The position numbers and the translations under genes are program-made. 64,000 bases of DNA from an uncultured Gammaproteobacteria bacterium (GTDB lineage: Bacteria; Pseudomonadota; Gammaproteobacteria; Steroidobacterales; Steroidobacteraceae). Location of the stretch: NCBI GenBank assembly GCA_963837045.1, contig CAWIMA010000009.1:1267-65266 (forward strand). Direction: 5' to 3'. Each line of letters begins with the position of its first letter. Position 1 is the first letter of the stretch. The notes beneath the pieces are model-generated. The model saw only the letters and a program-made list of their open reading frames with translations, ran no database searches and was not told the DNA's origin. Below are positions 35,498 to 45,727 of this stretch, piece after piece.

Positions 35498-35531
35498 GTC
35501 CGAGACCTAGCATCATGAGCAGAGTCATCCC

Positions 35532-38500
35532 ATGAGTTACTTCCTGGATCGCCTACAGTTCTTCAGGCGCCGTCCGGATGGCTTTTCCGGCGGGCACGGA
35601 GTTACGCGCAGCGAAAGTCGCGATTGGGAAGACGGTTATCGCGCCCGCTGGCAGCACGACAAGATCGTGCGTTCCACGCACGGCGTGAACTGCACCGGCT
35701 CGTGCAGCTGGAAGATTTACGTGAAGAACGGCCTCGTGACGTGGGAGACCCAGCAGACCGACTACCCGCGCACACGCCCCGACCTTCCCAACCATGAGCC
35801 ACGCGGCTGCCCGCGTGGCGCGAGCTACTCCTGGTACCTATACAGCGCCAACCGATTGAAATATCCGTTGGTGCGAGGCGTACTGTTGCGGATGTGGCGC
35901 GAGGCCCGGAAGACCATGACACCGGTCGATGCGTGGGCCAGCATCGTCGACGATCCGGCGAAGACGAAGGCCTACAAATGCATGCGCGGCATGGGCGGTT
36001 TCGTGCGCACGCGTTGGGACGAGGCCAACGAAATCATTGCCGCGTCCAACTTGTACACGGTTAAGAGGTATGGTCCCGACCGCGTGGTCGGCTTCTCGCC
36101 GATACCAGCGATGTCCATGGTGTCATACGCGGCGGGTGCACGGTACCTGTCGCTGCTGGGCGGCGTGTGCCTGTCGTTCTACGACTGGTACTGCGACCTG
36201 CCGCCGGCTTCACCGCAGGTGTGGGGCGAGCAAACCGACGTGCCGGAATCTGCAGACTGGTACAACAGCCGCTACATCATCGCCTGGGGCTCCAACGTCC
36301 CCCAGACACGCACGCCCGATGCGCACTTCTTCACCGAAGCGCGTTACAACGGCACCAAGACCGTTGCGATTTGCCCGGACTATTCCGAGGTTGCCAAGCT
36401 CACGGATCACTGGCTGCACCCCAAGCAGGGTACCGATGCGGCATTGGCGTTCGCCTTCGGACACGTAATCCTGAAGGAATTTCATGTTGACAGCCCCTCA
36501 CAGTACTTCACCGATTACTGTCGTCAGTACTCCGACATGCCGATGCTGGTCCGCCTTGAGCAGCGCGCCGACGGGCGCCTGGTGCCGGAGCGCTTCCTGC
36601 GCGCCAGCGACTTGAACGGACTCGGGGAGGCGAACAACCCTGAGTGGAAAACCCTCGCCTACGACGAGGGCACCGGTGAGATCATGGTCCCCAACGGCTC
36701 TATTGGCTTTCGCTGGGGCGAAAAGGGCAAATGGAACCTTGAAGAGAAGGACGGCACCGGGCGCGCGGTGCGCCTGCGCCTGAGCCTCGCGGACTTCAAC
36801 GACGGCATCGAGCCGGTCAGCTTCCCTTACTTCGGCGGCGTCGAACACGACAAGTGGACCGCCTCGAAGTTTAGCGACGTGCTCGAGCGCGATGTGCCCG
36901 TGCGCAAACTGCAGTTATCCGACGGCACGGCATGGGCCGTCGCCACGGTGTACGACTTGATGCTGGCGCAGTACGGCGTGAATCGTGGGTTCGGCGGCGA
37001 CAACGTCGCCCGGAGCTACGACGACAATGTGCCGGGTACACCGGCATGGCAGGAGAAGATCACCGGGGTTCCACGCGCCGATGTCATCCGGATTGCGCGC
37101 GAGTTCGCGCGAACCGCGGACAAGACCCGTGGTCGCAGCATGATCATCGTCGGCGCGGCGATGAATCACTGGTTCCACAACGACATGAACTACCGCGGTC
37201 TGATCAATATGTTGATCATGTGCGGTTGCGTCGGCCAGACCGGTGGCGGCTGGGCGCACTACGTGGGACAGGAGAAGCTGCGTCCGCAGACTGGCTGGCT
37301 GCCGCTCGCGTTCGCACTCGACTGGAGCCGCCCGCCGCGCCAGATGAACGGCACGTCGTTCTTCTACTTCAATTCCGATCAATGGCGCTATGAGAAGCTC
37401 GAGGTGAAGGAAATTCTCTCGCCGCTCGCCGACCCCGGCAAGTACGGCGGTACGCTCGTTGATTTCAACCTCCGTGCCGTGAGAATGGGGTGGCTGCCGA
37501 GCGCCCCGCAGCTCAATCGCAACCCCTTTGAGGTGGTGCGTGCGGCCGAACAGGCAGGCCAGGCGCCGGCGGACTATGCCGTCGCGCAGCTCAAGCAAGG
37601 GGGCCTTGATTTTGCGTTCGCCGATCCGGATGCGCCGCAGAATTTCCCACGCGTCCTGTTCATCTGGCGATCAAACCTGCTCGGGTCCTCTGGCAAGGGC
37701 CACGAGTACATGCTGCGCCATTTGCTCGGTACGCGCCATGGCTTGCAGGGCAAAGATCTGGGCGAGAGCGGTTCGCTGAAGCCCGAGGACGTGAAGTGGC
37801 GGGATCCGGCGCCTGAGGGGAAGCTCGACCTGTTGGTGACACTAGATTTCCGCATGTGCACATCGGCCCTCTACTCGGACGTCGTGCTGCCGACGGCCAC
37901 GTGGTACGAAAAAAACGACCTCAATACGTCCGACATGCACCCGTTCATCCACCCGTTGTCCAAGGCCGTGGATCCGGCATGGGAATCGCGCAGCGACTGG
38001 GACATCTTCAAGGGAATCGCGCACGCAGTGAGCGATATGGCGCCCGGCGTGCTCGAGGTGGAGCGGGATCTGGTGCTTGTTCCCACCCTGCACGACACAC
38101 CCGGTGAGTTGGCCATGCCGTTTGATGTTCGCGACTGGAAACGGGGCGAGTGCGAGCCCATCCCGGGTAGGACCATGCCGTCCGTGGTTGTCGTCGAGCG
38201 TGACTACCCGAACCTTTACAAGAAGTTCACATCGCTCGGTCCACTCCTCGACAAGCTCGGCAACGGCGGCAAGGGCGTCAACTGGGATACCAAGGACGAG
38301 GTGCAGTTCCTCGGCGACCTCAATCGTCGCGTGGGCGAGGCGGGAATCAGCCAGGGCCGCCCGCGGATCGAGAGCGCCATCGACGCCTGCGAGGTGATCC
38401 TGCACCTGGCGCCCGAGACCAACGGTCACGTTGCGGTCAAGGCCTGGAGGTCCCTGGGTACGTTCACCGGCCGCGAGCACACGCATCTTGCGGTCGGCAA

Positions 38501-39278
38501 GGCGCACGAGGCTATCCGCTTCCGCGACATACAGGCCCAGCCGCGTAAGATCATCTCGTCGCCCATCTGGTCGGGCCTGGAGGACGAGCATGTCAGCTAC
38601 AACGCCGGATACACCAACGTGCATGAGCTGATCCCGTGGCGCACGATCACCGGCAGACAACAGTTCTACCAGGACCACGAGTGGATGGTGGCCTTCGGCG
38701 AGGGCTTCATGGGCTACCGCCCGCCAGTCGACACCCGGACCATCGCGCCAGTGCTCGGCAAGAAGCCAAACGGTCACAAGGAGATTGTCCTTAACTGGAT
38801 CACGCCGCATCAAAAGTGGGGCATACACAGCACCTACAGCGACAATCTGATCATGCAGACGCTGTCACGTGGCGGACCGATCGTCTGGCTCAGCGAGGAC
38901 GACGCGCGCGGGGCCGGCATCGAGGACAATGACTGGATCGAATTGTTCAACGTGAACGGCGCGATTGCCGCGCGTGCGGTGGTCAGCCAGCGCGTGATGC
39001 CGGGAATGGCAATGATGTACCACGCGCAGGAGCGCATCATCAACACTCCGGGCTCCGAGGTCACCGGCACGCGCGGCGGCATCCACAATTCCGTGACCCG
39101 CGTCGTGGTCAAACCAACCCACATGATCGGCGGTTACGCCCAGCTCGCTTACGGCTTCAACTACTACGGCACCACCGGCACCAACCGCGACGAGTTTGTC
39201 ATCGTGCGCAAGATGGACAAGATCGACTGGCTGGATGGCGAGGACGGGCCGGCGGTTGTCAAGGAGGCGGTACGATGA
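35532..39278 (+). CDS. narG: Respiratory nitrate reductase alpha subunit
   Basis: 1248 aa. N-terminal HGVNCTGSCSWKIYVKNG (H/C FS0 motif). Colinear NarG blocks throughout. Confidence 0.97.
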   Translation: MSYFLDRLQFFRRRPDGFSGGHGVTRSESRDWEDGYRARWQHDKIVRSTHGVNCTGSCSWKIYVKNGLVTWETQQTDYPRTRPDLPNHEPRGCPRGASYSWYLYSANRLKYPLVRGVLLRMWREARKTMTPVDAWASIVDDPAKTKAYKCMRGMGGFVRTRWDEANEIIAASNLYTVKRYGPDRVVGFSPIPAMSMVSYAAGARYLSLLGGVCLSFYDWYCDLPPASPQVWGEQTDVPESADWYNSRYIIAWGSNVPQTRTPDAHFFTEARYNGTKTVAICPDYSEVAKLTDHWLHPKQGTDAALAFAFGHVILKEFHVDSPSQYFTDYCRQYSDMPMLVRLEQRADGRLVPERFLRASDLNGLGEANNPEWKTLAYDEGTGEIMVPNGSIGFRWGEKGKWNLEEKDGTGRAVRLRLSLADFNDGIEPVSFPYFGGVEHDKWTASKFSDVLERDVPVRKLQLSDGTAWAVATVYDLMLAQYGVNRGFGGDNVARSYDDNVPGTPAWQEKITGVPRADVIRIAREFARTADKTRGRSMIIVGAAMNHWFHNDMNYRGLINMLIMCGCVGQTGGGWAHYVGQEKLRPQTGWLPLAFALDWSRPPRQMNGTSFFYFNSDQWRYEKLEVKEILSPLADPGKYGGTLVDFNLRAVRMGWLPSAPQLNRNPFEVVRAAEQAGQAPADYAVAQLKQGGLDFAFADPDAPQNFPRVLFIWRSNLLGSSGKGHEYMLRHLLGTRHGLQGKDLGESGSLKPEDVKWRDPAPEGKLDLLVTLDFRMCTSALYSDVVLPTATWYEKNDLNTSDMHPFIHPLSKAVDPAWESRSDWDIFKGIAHAVSDMAPGVLEVERDLVLVPTLHDTPGELAMPFDVRDWKRGECEPIPGRTMPSVVVVERDYPNLYKKFTSLGPLLDKLGNGGKGVNWDTKDEVQFLGDLNRRVGEAGISQGRPRIESAIDACEVILHLAPETNGHVAVKAWRSLGTFTGREHTHLAVGKAHEAIRFRDIQAQPRKIISSPIWSGLEDEHVSYNAGYTNVHELIPWRTITGRQQFYQDHEWMVAFGEGFMGYRPPVDTRTIAPVLGKKPNGHKEIVLNWITPHQKWGIHSTYSDNLIMQTLSRGGPIVWLSEDDARGAGIEDNDWIELFNVNGAIAARAVVSQRVMPGMAMMYHAQERIINTPGSEVTGTRGGIHNSVTRVVVKPTHMIGGYAQLAYGFNYYGTTGTNRDEFVIVRKMDKIDWLDGEDGPAVVKEAVR

Positions 39279-40819
39279 AGGTCCGCGCACAGATCGCGAT
39301 GGTGCTGAATCTCGACAAGTGCATCGGGTGCCACACCTGCTCCATCACCTGCAAAAACGTCTGGACATCGCGCGAGGGCGTGGAATACGCCTGGTTCAAC
39401 AATGTTGAGACGAAACCCGGTGTCGGCTATCCCAAGGAGTGGGAGAACCAGGACAAATGGAACGGCGGCTGGGTGCGCACCGAGAGCGGCAAGTTGATAC
39501 CACGGGCTGGGGGGCGCTGGCGCCTGCTGTCGAAAATCTTCGCCAATCCCGATTTGCCTCAGATCGACGACTACTACGAGCCTTTTGACTTCGACTATCA
39601 GCATCTCCATGAGGCGGTCGGGGGGAAACACCAGCCCACCGCCCGCCCACGCTCGCTGATCAGTGGCGAGCGCATGCAGAAGATTCTGTGGGGCCCGAAC
39701 TGGGAGGAACTCCTGGGTACGGAGTTTGCCAAGCGCGCGAAGGATCAAAATTTCGACGCGGTCCAGAAGGAAATCTACGGCGCGTTCGAGAAGACCTTCA
39801 TGATGTACCTGCCGCGCCTGTGCGAGCACTGCCTCAACCCGGCGTGCGTGTCGGCGTGCCCTTCAGGGGCGATATACAAGCGCGAGGAGGACGGCATTGT
39901 CCTGATCGATCAGGACAAGTGCCGCGGCTGGCGTATGTGCGTGTCTGCTTGCCCATACAAGAAGATCTACTACAACTGGAAGAGCGGCAAGTCTGAGAAG
40001 TGCATCTTCTGCTACCCGCGCATCGAAATGGGCGAGCCAACGGTTTGTTCGGAAACCTGCGTCGGCCGCATTCGCTACCTCGGTGTGATGCTCTACGATG
40101 CCGACCGCATTGCGAGCGCCGCCTCGGTGCCGGGGGAGACGGATCTGTACCAGACCCACCTCGATATCTTTCTGGATCCGCGGGATCCGGCGGTAATCGA
40201 AGCGGCGCACAAGGAAGGCATTCCCCAAACCTGGCTGGAAGCGGCCCGTGCCTCCCCCGTCTACAAGCTGGCAATTAACTGGCGGCTGGCGCTGCCGCTG
40301 CATCCCGAATACCGGACCCTTCCGATGGTGTGGTACGTCCCGCCGCTATCGCCTATCCAGTCCGCCGCGGAACGCGGCCGCCTGGACATGAACGGCGAAC
40401 TGCCGGACGTGGCCTCGCTGCGCATTCCGGTGCGCTATCTGGCCAATATGCTCACCGCCGGCGACGAGCGCCCGGTGGTACGTGCTCTGGAGCGCTTGAT
40501 GGCCATGCGGGCTTGGCGTCGTGCGAAGAACGTTGATGGCGTTGAGGACGACGCAGTGCTGCAGCAGGCCGGTCTCAGCGTCGCTCAGGCAGAGGACATG
40601 TACCGCTACCTCGCCATCGCAAACTACGAAGACCGCTTCGTCGTTCCGAGCGGGCATCGCGAATACGCCAACGACGCCTTCGGCGAGCGTGGCGGCTGCG
40701 GCTTCACGTTCGGAAACGGCTGCAGTGGTGCAACCCCAGCGGATCTGTTCGGTGGTCGCAAAAGCACGACCTACACCGTGCATCCAAACCGGCAGGAAAA
40801 GCAGGAGGAAGACACATGA
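39275..40819 (+). CDS. narH: Respiratory nitrate reductase beta subunit
   Basis: 514 aa: LDKCIGCHTCSITCKNVW, LCEHCLNPACVSACPSGAIYKREEDGIV, KCRGWRMCVSACPYKK. ATGA overlap with narG. Confidence 0.97.
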   Translation: MKVRAQIAMVLNLDKCIGCHTCSITCKNVWTSREGVEYAWFNNVETKPGVGYPKEWENQDKWNGGWVRTESGKLIPRAGGRWRLLSKIFANPDLPQIDDYYEPFDFDYQHLHEAVGGKHQPTARPRSLISGERMQKILWGPNWEELLGTEFAKRAKDQNFDAVQKEIYGAFEKTFMMYLPRLCEHCLNPACVSACPSGAIYKREEDGIVLIDQDKCRGWRMCVSACPYKKIYYNWKSGKSEKCIFCYPRIEMGEPTVCSETCVGRIRYLGVMLYDADRIASAASVPGETDLYQTHLDIFLDPRDPAVIEAAHKEGIPQTWLEAARASPVYKLAINWRLALPLHPEYRTLPMVWYVPPLSPIQSAAERGRLDMNGELPDVASLRIPVRYLANMLTAGDERPVVRALERLMAMRAWRRAKNVDGVEDDAVLQQAGLSVAQAEDMYRYLAIANYEDRFVVPSGHREYANDAFGERGGCGFTFGNGCSGATPADLFGGRKSTTYTVHPNRQEKQEEDT

Positions 40820-41499
40820 GGCTGCTGAAGCTGATCGGCGTTCTGATGGACTATCCGCAGGAGGAGCTGTGGCAGCATCGCGAGGAATTGCTCGCAGGGG
40901 CGGACGATCCGCGGCTGTCGAAGCAGCGCCAGGCGGAGCTGCGTGACTTCGTCGGCATCCTGCTCGACACCGATCCGCTCGCGGCGCAGGACGCTTGGCT
41001 GTCGACGTTCGAGCGCGGCCGCTCGATGAGCCTGTTGCTGTTCGAGCACATCCATGGCGAGTCGCGCGACCGCGGCCAGGCGATGGTCGACCTGATCGAT
41101 GCATACCGGAACAACGGCTTCGAATTGGCCGCGAAGGAACTCCCGGACTACCTGCCCCTGCTGCTCGAGTATCTGTCCCATCGCCCACCGGACGAGGCGC
41201 GCGACTGGCTGGGCCACGTCAAACACATCGTCGGCATGCTGGCCGCTCGCGCTGCCGAGCGCCGTAGCGCGTACACGATCCTATTTGCGATCCTGGTGGA
41301 ACTGGCTGCAGGCAATCTTGACGTCAGCGTGCTGCGCCGGCGCGCAAGGGAAGAGCCGCGCGACGACACTGCCGAAGTCATGGATCGCCTGTGGGAGGAA
41401 GAGACCGTCCGTTTCGGTGCCGAAGCGCGTGCCGAAGACTGCTCGCCAGCCGGTCATTCGCCTGCACCCACTACTGCTCCCAGACAGGTGCCGCCATGA
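40816..41499 (+). CDS. narJ: Nitrate reductase molybdenum cofactor assembly chaperone
   Basis: LLKLIGVLMDYPQEELW..., ELPDYLPLLLEYLS. Position between narH and narI. Confidence 0.85.
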   Translation: MRLLKLIGVLMDYPQEELWQHREELLAGADDPRLSKQRQAELRDFVGILLDTDPLAAQDAWLSTFERGRSMSLLLFEHIHGESRDRGQAMVDLIDAYRNNGFELAAKELPDYLPLLLEYLSHRPPDEARDWLGHVKHIVGMLAARAAERRSAYTILFAILVELAAGNLDVSVLRRRAREEPRDDTAEVMDRLWEEETVRFGAEARAEDCSPAGHSPAPTTAPRQVPP

Positions 41500-42206
41500 A
41501 CTCGCTCGACCAGGTCATGTTCCAGATCTACCCCTACGTCGCGCTGTCGGTGTTGCTCGTCGGCAGCTGGGCACGCTTCGATCGCTCCATGTACACCTGG
41601 CGCACCGGCTCGAGCCAGCTGTTGTCGGATCGAGGCATGCGTGTGGGCAGCAACCTGTTCCATATCGGCGTGCTCGCGATACTCGGCGGCCATGTGATCG
41701 GCCTGTTGACCCCGCACTCGGTCTATTCACACGTGATTTCCGCTCCGCACAAGCAGCTGCTGGCGATGGCTGCTGGCGGCGTTTTCGGCACCGTCTGCCT
41801 TGTCGGCCTGTGCGTCCTGCTGGTGCGGCGGCTGGCCAATCCGCGCGTGCGCGCCACCGGTTCCTTCGGCGACACCCTGGTACTGATACTTTTGTTTGTA
41901 CAGCTCGTGTTGGGGATGTACAGCATCGTGATTTCCACGCACCACATGGATGGCAGCGTGATGCTCGCGCTGAGCGAGTGGGCGCAGCGCATCGCCACGT
42001 TTCGATGGGGTGCCGCCGCCTTCATTACGGATGTGCCATGGGTCTACAAGGCGCACGTGTTGCTCGGCATGACACTGCTCCTGATCGCGCCGTTCACCCG
42101 ACTGGTGCACGTGTGGAGCATCCCGGTCAGCTACCTGTGGCGGCCATACCAGGTCGTGCGCCGCCGTCAGGCGCCACTGCGCTACGGCACGAGGGCGAGC
42201 CCATGA
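41496..42206 (+). CDS. narI: Respiratory nitrate reductase gamma subunit (dihaem cytochrome b)
   Basis: MNSLDQVMFQIYPYVALSVLLVGSWARFDRSMYTWRTGSSQLL, LFHIGVLAILGGH, HVWS. ATGA overlap with narJ. Confidence 0.92.
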   Translation: MNSLDQVMFQIYPYVALSVLLVGSWARFDRSMYTWRTGSSQLLSDRGMRVGSNLFHIGVLAILGGHVIGLLTPHSVYSHVISAPHKQLLAMAAGGVFGTVCLVGLCVLLVRRLANPRVRATGSFGDTLVLILLFVQLVLGMYSIVISTHHMDGSVMLALSEWAQRIATFRWGAAAFITDVPWVYKAHVLLGMTLLLIAPFTRLVHVWSIPVSYLWRPYQVVRRRQAPLRYGTRASP

Positions 42207-42311
42207 ATTCGTGTATTTGCAGGCGCGGCAGTGCCAGCTGCAGCAGTACCTGCGCGGCCTTGAGCAGCGCTACGGGGTGCGCGGCTTGGGAGAGATAGAA
42301 GCCCAGGCGAA

Positions 42312-43451
42312 TTGAGCTTGCCATGGGGAGTCGATAAAGTGGCGAGACGCAGTCATGCACCCACGATAGCAACGCTCGCAGGCGGCCGCGCGCGGCGCAC
42401 GAGGCGGGCATGGGTGGATCTGTCCAAGCTGTCGCCTGCCAGCTTCGCGATGGTCATGGCGACCGGCATCCTCTCGATCGGCTTGCACCAACGTGGCTGG
42501 GCCTGGCCCGCGCGTGCCTTGTTCGGACTGAATGTCCTCGCTTGGGTCGTGTTGTGGATCCTGACGATACTGCGGTTGCTGCGCCATACGCGACAATTCG
42601 TCGAGGACTTGATCGATCACTTGCGCGGTCCGGGGTTCTTTACGGCCGTCGCGGCCACCGCTGTGCTCGGCTGCCAGCTGATCTTGCTTGCCTCAGAATT
42701 CCATTACGCGATGTTGCTGTGGGCGATGTCGATCGTGCTCTGGGTGGGCCTCACCTACACCATCTTCACCGCATTCACCATCAAGGAGAATAAGCCCACG
42801 TTGGACAGAGGCATCACCGGCGGCTGGCTGCTCGCCGTGGTGGCGACCCAATCGCTTGCCGTGCTCAGCGCGCTGGTAGCCGCACGCTTCGCCCAGCCGT
42901 GGAGGCTAGAACTGAACTTCTTCGCCCTGTCGATGTGGCTGTGGGGCGGCATGCTGTACATATGGATGATGTCGCTGATTTTCTACCGCTATACGTTCTT
43001 TAATTTCTCGCCAAGCGACCTGGCGCCTCCGTACTGGATCAATATGGGCGCGATGGCAATCTCGACCCTGGCGGGCTCCTTGTTGATCGCCAACGCGCCC
43101 GATGCACCATTCTTAAATTCCCTGCTACCGTTCCTCAAAGGCTTCACGGTATTCTACTGGGCCACCGGCACCTGGTGGATACCCATGTTGCTGGTGCTGG
43201 CCGCTTGGCGCTACGTGTACAAGCGTTTCCCGCTGAGGTATGACCCGCAGTACTGGGGCGCAGTGTTTCCGCTGGGCATGTACGCGGTCGGTACACAGGA
43301 GATGTCGCGTGTACTTGGGCTGGGCTTTCTCGACTGGCTGGCGCCGCTGTTTCTTGGGATCGCGGCCGTAGCCTGGACGGCGGCTTTCGTCGGTTTGCTG
43401 CGCAGCCTCTCGCGCTACTTGCGCGCCCAGGGAGCGCCGGTTGTTCTTTGA
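42312..43451 (+). CDS. TDT-family (TehA/Mae1/SLAC1-like) anion channel/transporter
   Basis: 10-TMS protein: FAMVMATGILSIG, GGWLLAVVATQSLAV, PPYWINMGAMAIST, GTWWIPMLLVL. TTG 42312 or GTG 42414 start. Confidence 0.7.
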   Translation: MSLPWGVDKVARRSHAPTIATLAGGRARRTRRAWVDLSKLSPASFAMVMATGILSIGLHQRGWAWPARALFGLNVLAWVVLWILTILRLLRHTRQFVEDLIDHLRGPGFFTAVAATAVLGCQLILLASEFHYAMLLWAMSIVLWVGLTYTIFTAFTIKENKPTLDRGITGGWLLAVVATQSLAVLSALVAARFAQPWRLELNFFALSMWLWGGMLYIWMMSLIFYRYTFFNFSPSDLAPPYWINMGAMAISTLAGSLLIANAPDAPFLNSLLPFLKGFTVFYWATGTWWIPMLLVLAAWRYVYKRFPLRYDPQYWGAVFPLGMYAVGTQEMSRVLGLGFLDWLAPLFLGIAAVAWTAAFVGLLRSLSRYLRAQGAPVVL

Positions 43452-43473
43452 CCAACGTACAACTCGGGTAGCC

Positions 43474-44019
43474 TCACTCCTTTCGCGGTATTGGGCCGGC
43501 GTCCCGGGGAAGCAGCGATATCACGGCATTGGCGAGATCCTGCTCGGTCAGACCATTCTTGGTGGGTAGGAGTCTCGCGCGAATGATGCCATCCGGACCA
43601 ATGATATAGGTGATTGGTAACGCTCTCGGAGTACCGAAACCGTTGGTCTTGGCATCGACCAGCAGAGCCGCCGGGTAGCTGATGCCTTGCATTGCCCGGC
43701 TTACCGCCTTGCGTTCGTGGGGATCGTCGGCGCTCAAACCAATGACCGTCACACCTTCCGACTCGTGCTTTCGGTAGAACGCCTCGAGCATCGGCATCTC
43801 GGCACGGCACGGCGGGCACCAGGTCGCCCAAAAATTCAACACAATGACCTTGCCGCGCAGTGCGGCGAGGTCGAGCTCACGTCCATCCAGTTGCTTGACG
43901 ATCACGGGCGGCGCCGGCTGGCCGACATCGTCGGATGCAGCGACCGACCGCTCCGCATACAACAATGGCGCGAGTACGCTGAAGGTCAACCACAGAGCGC
44001 GATAATTTTGAGTGATCAC
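43474..44019 (-). CDS. TlpA-family periplasmic thiol:disulfide oxidoreductase
   Basis: Signal/anchor then KVIVLNFWATWCPPCRAEMP (thioredoxin WCPPC). Confidence 0.85.
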   Translation of the reverse strand: MITQNYRALWLTFSVLAPLLYAERSVAASDDVGQPAPPVIVKQLDGRELDLAALRGKVIVLNFWATWCPPCRAEMPMLEAFYRKHESEGVTVIGLSADDPHERKAVSRAMQGISYPAALLVDAKTNGFGTPRALPITYIIGPDGIIRARLLPTKNGLTEQDLANAVISLLPRDAGPIPRKE

Positions 44020-44062
44020 CGAGTGTGCTCCTCTGGCGCAGATAAAGGTCCAGGGCCGAGCA

Positions 44063-45043
44063 TCAAAAGCTGTAGCCCACGATGAACTTCAACAGCACGG
44101 GTGCGACGAGCTGGCCCTGCGTGCCTTCCGTCGCCACCGACGGTGCGGCATTCGCATAGTGGTAGACGCGAAACTCAGCGTCTGCGTAGAACTTCCATTT
44201 GCCAACGTCCGCTTCGAGCCCGGGCGACACCAGCACTCGATGGTATCCACTGTTGGGAGGGTCCGCATTGACGCCGCTGTCGTGCAGACGATCGGAGCCG
44301 AGCAATTGCAGCAGGGCAGTCAACTTGCCGTTGTTTGCCAGCTGGAATCCATCGTACATGACTCCGGCCGCAGCGTCCGTCTCGTTGCCCGGCCGATATC
44401 CTTCGCGCGTGTTAAACGCCCGCTCGAACAGGGCTTCAACGAACCATTTCAGATGATGATCGGCGCTGATGTTGCCGAGATGGTAGCCACCCAACAAAAG
44501 GTCCGTGGTTCCCGTACCGATTGAGGTGTCGCGGTCGAAATAGGGGTACGTCCAATCACCCGTCGCCAGCTTCAGGCCGGCCGAGAGTCCCGTCGACATG
44601 TCGGGCGAGAAACCCGTGTAGTTGGCGAGGACGCGCACGTCGCCGATCGCATTGTGGCGGTAGGACTGGATATCCGGCGCTCCTGGAGACCCGATATCCG
44701 TACGAAAGGTCCGCAACCAGTACGGGATCTTCACCGACATGCCCCATTTGCGATTGAAATTGTAATCGAGGCCCACCGCGCCGAAATTGGTCTCGATCTC
44801 CTTGTCGGTGTTGTTGGAGTCCGGTGCGGCGTGCGAGCCGACCCAATTTTGATCCTGATCCTGGTAGTCATCCTCGACATAGAACATGCCGCCAGGGTGC
44901 GTCAGAATCATGGTTGCGGTGCCGACGTCGAAGACGCCGCAACCGCAGGCGCAGGCGAGAGCAAAGCCCGGCATCAGTGCGCCGAGCGCGGTGAAGGAAA
45001 GCAACCGCGTCCTGCCGCCAGCCGAGAAAGGAAGGAGCGGCAT
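44063..45043 (-). CDS. Outer-membrane beta-barrel protein (MetA-pathway/'transporter' family-like)
   Basis: Signal peptide, alternating beta-strand pattern, terminal ..KFIVGYSF (aromatic C-terminus). Cys-rich CACGCG just after the signal. Start chosen at ATG 45043. Confidence 0.6.
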   Translation of the reverse strand: MPLLPFSAGGRTRLLSFTALGALMPGFALACACGCGVFDVGTATMILTHPGGMFYVEDDYQDQDQNWVGSHAAPDSNNTDKEIETNFGAVGLDYNFNRKWGMSVKIPYWLRTFRTDIGSPGAPDIQSYRHNAIGDVRVLANYTGFSPDMSTGLSAGLKLATGDWTYPYFDRDTSIGTGTTDLLLGGYHLGNISADHHLKWFVEALFERAFNTREGYRPGNETDAAAGVMYDGFQLANNGKLTALLQLLGSDRLHDSGVNADPPNSGYHRVLVSPGLEADVGKWKFYADAEFRVYHYANAAPSVATEGTQGQLVAPVLLKFIVGYSF

Positions 45044-45166
45044 AGTCGAGCCGTGCGCCCCAGAGGATGGATCCATAATGCCCTCGAAAAGAATCCCGAA
45101 TAATGAAGAGCAATGCGCGAGGCAAGCCCGCGGCTTGCATCACGCACTGCGCAGAGATTCAAAGGG

Positions 45167-45562
45167 TCAGGCTAGGGAAGGCGGTCCGCGGGGCGTTTGT
45201 TGGCGAGCGGGTCCGAACTTCAAGAGCGTTTGCGTAACCGCAGCCGGCGCCATCAACTGATCGATGTTTGCAGCACCCGCGAGCACCGGCAATGTCGGCA
45301 ACGGGGCTGGCCCAGCGCTTTGCGCGTAGGGGCATGTCGGATCGCCGTGCGCGCCCTCGTGACGCGCGGCATGATCGTGACCGGGATGATGGTGATGGTG
45401 TTCACCCACCGACGTCTCTGCATCGCACAAGACGATCGCGAGACTTCCACCGGTTGGCGCCAGCATGAAGCCCGCCGGAATGAGCGCCCGAAGGAACAGC
45501 AGCCCGACGAAGAGCAGCGTTGCCCATCCGGGTTTGTCAATGTGCCGTATCCCTTTCGTCAC
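45167..45562 (-). CDS. DUF2946-like small periplasmic protein with His-rich metal-binding stretch
   Basis: 131 aa: N-terminal TM (LLFVGLLFLRALIPAGFM), LCD..GEHHHHHPGHDHAARHEGAHGDPTCPY. Confidence 0.55.
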   Translation of the reverse strand: MTKGIRHIDKPGWATLLFVGLLFLRALIPAGFMLAPTGGSLAIVLCDAETSVGEHHHHHPGHDHAARHEGAHGDPTCPYAQSAGPAPLPTLPVLAGAANIDQLMAPAAVTQTLLKFGPARQQTPRGPPSLA

Positions 45563-45607
45563 ACTCGGTCGCTAAAGAGTCGAAGCCACGGAAGCCCCGC
45601 AAGAGCG

Positions 45608-45628
45608 TCTGCCGCCCGTGGCGGCAGA
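45608..45628 (-). terminator. GC-rich hairpin between nirK and the downstream copper-handling genes
   Basis: TCTGCCGCC-CGT-GGCGGCAGA, perfect 9-bp stem, 100 nt after the nirK stop. No U-tract follows on the minus strand, so it may be an attenuator or stabiliser rather than a full terminator. Confidence 0.3.
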
Positions 45629-45727
45629 ACGCACCTGTGCTATCCGGTAAACGAGAGCAATGACGGACACAGAGGCTATCAATTGTCCACTGAAACCGGG
45701 CACATCCAATTTCCCTCCGAGAGACGC

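Noticed and set aside
44063-45076. Lipoprotein call for the outer-membrane barrel, based on ...GFALA-C.
   Set aside because: The residues before the Cys (A-L-A) do not fit the classical L-[AS]-[GA]-C lipobox register well, so this was left as a generic signal peptide.
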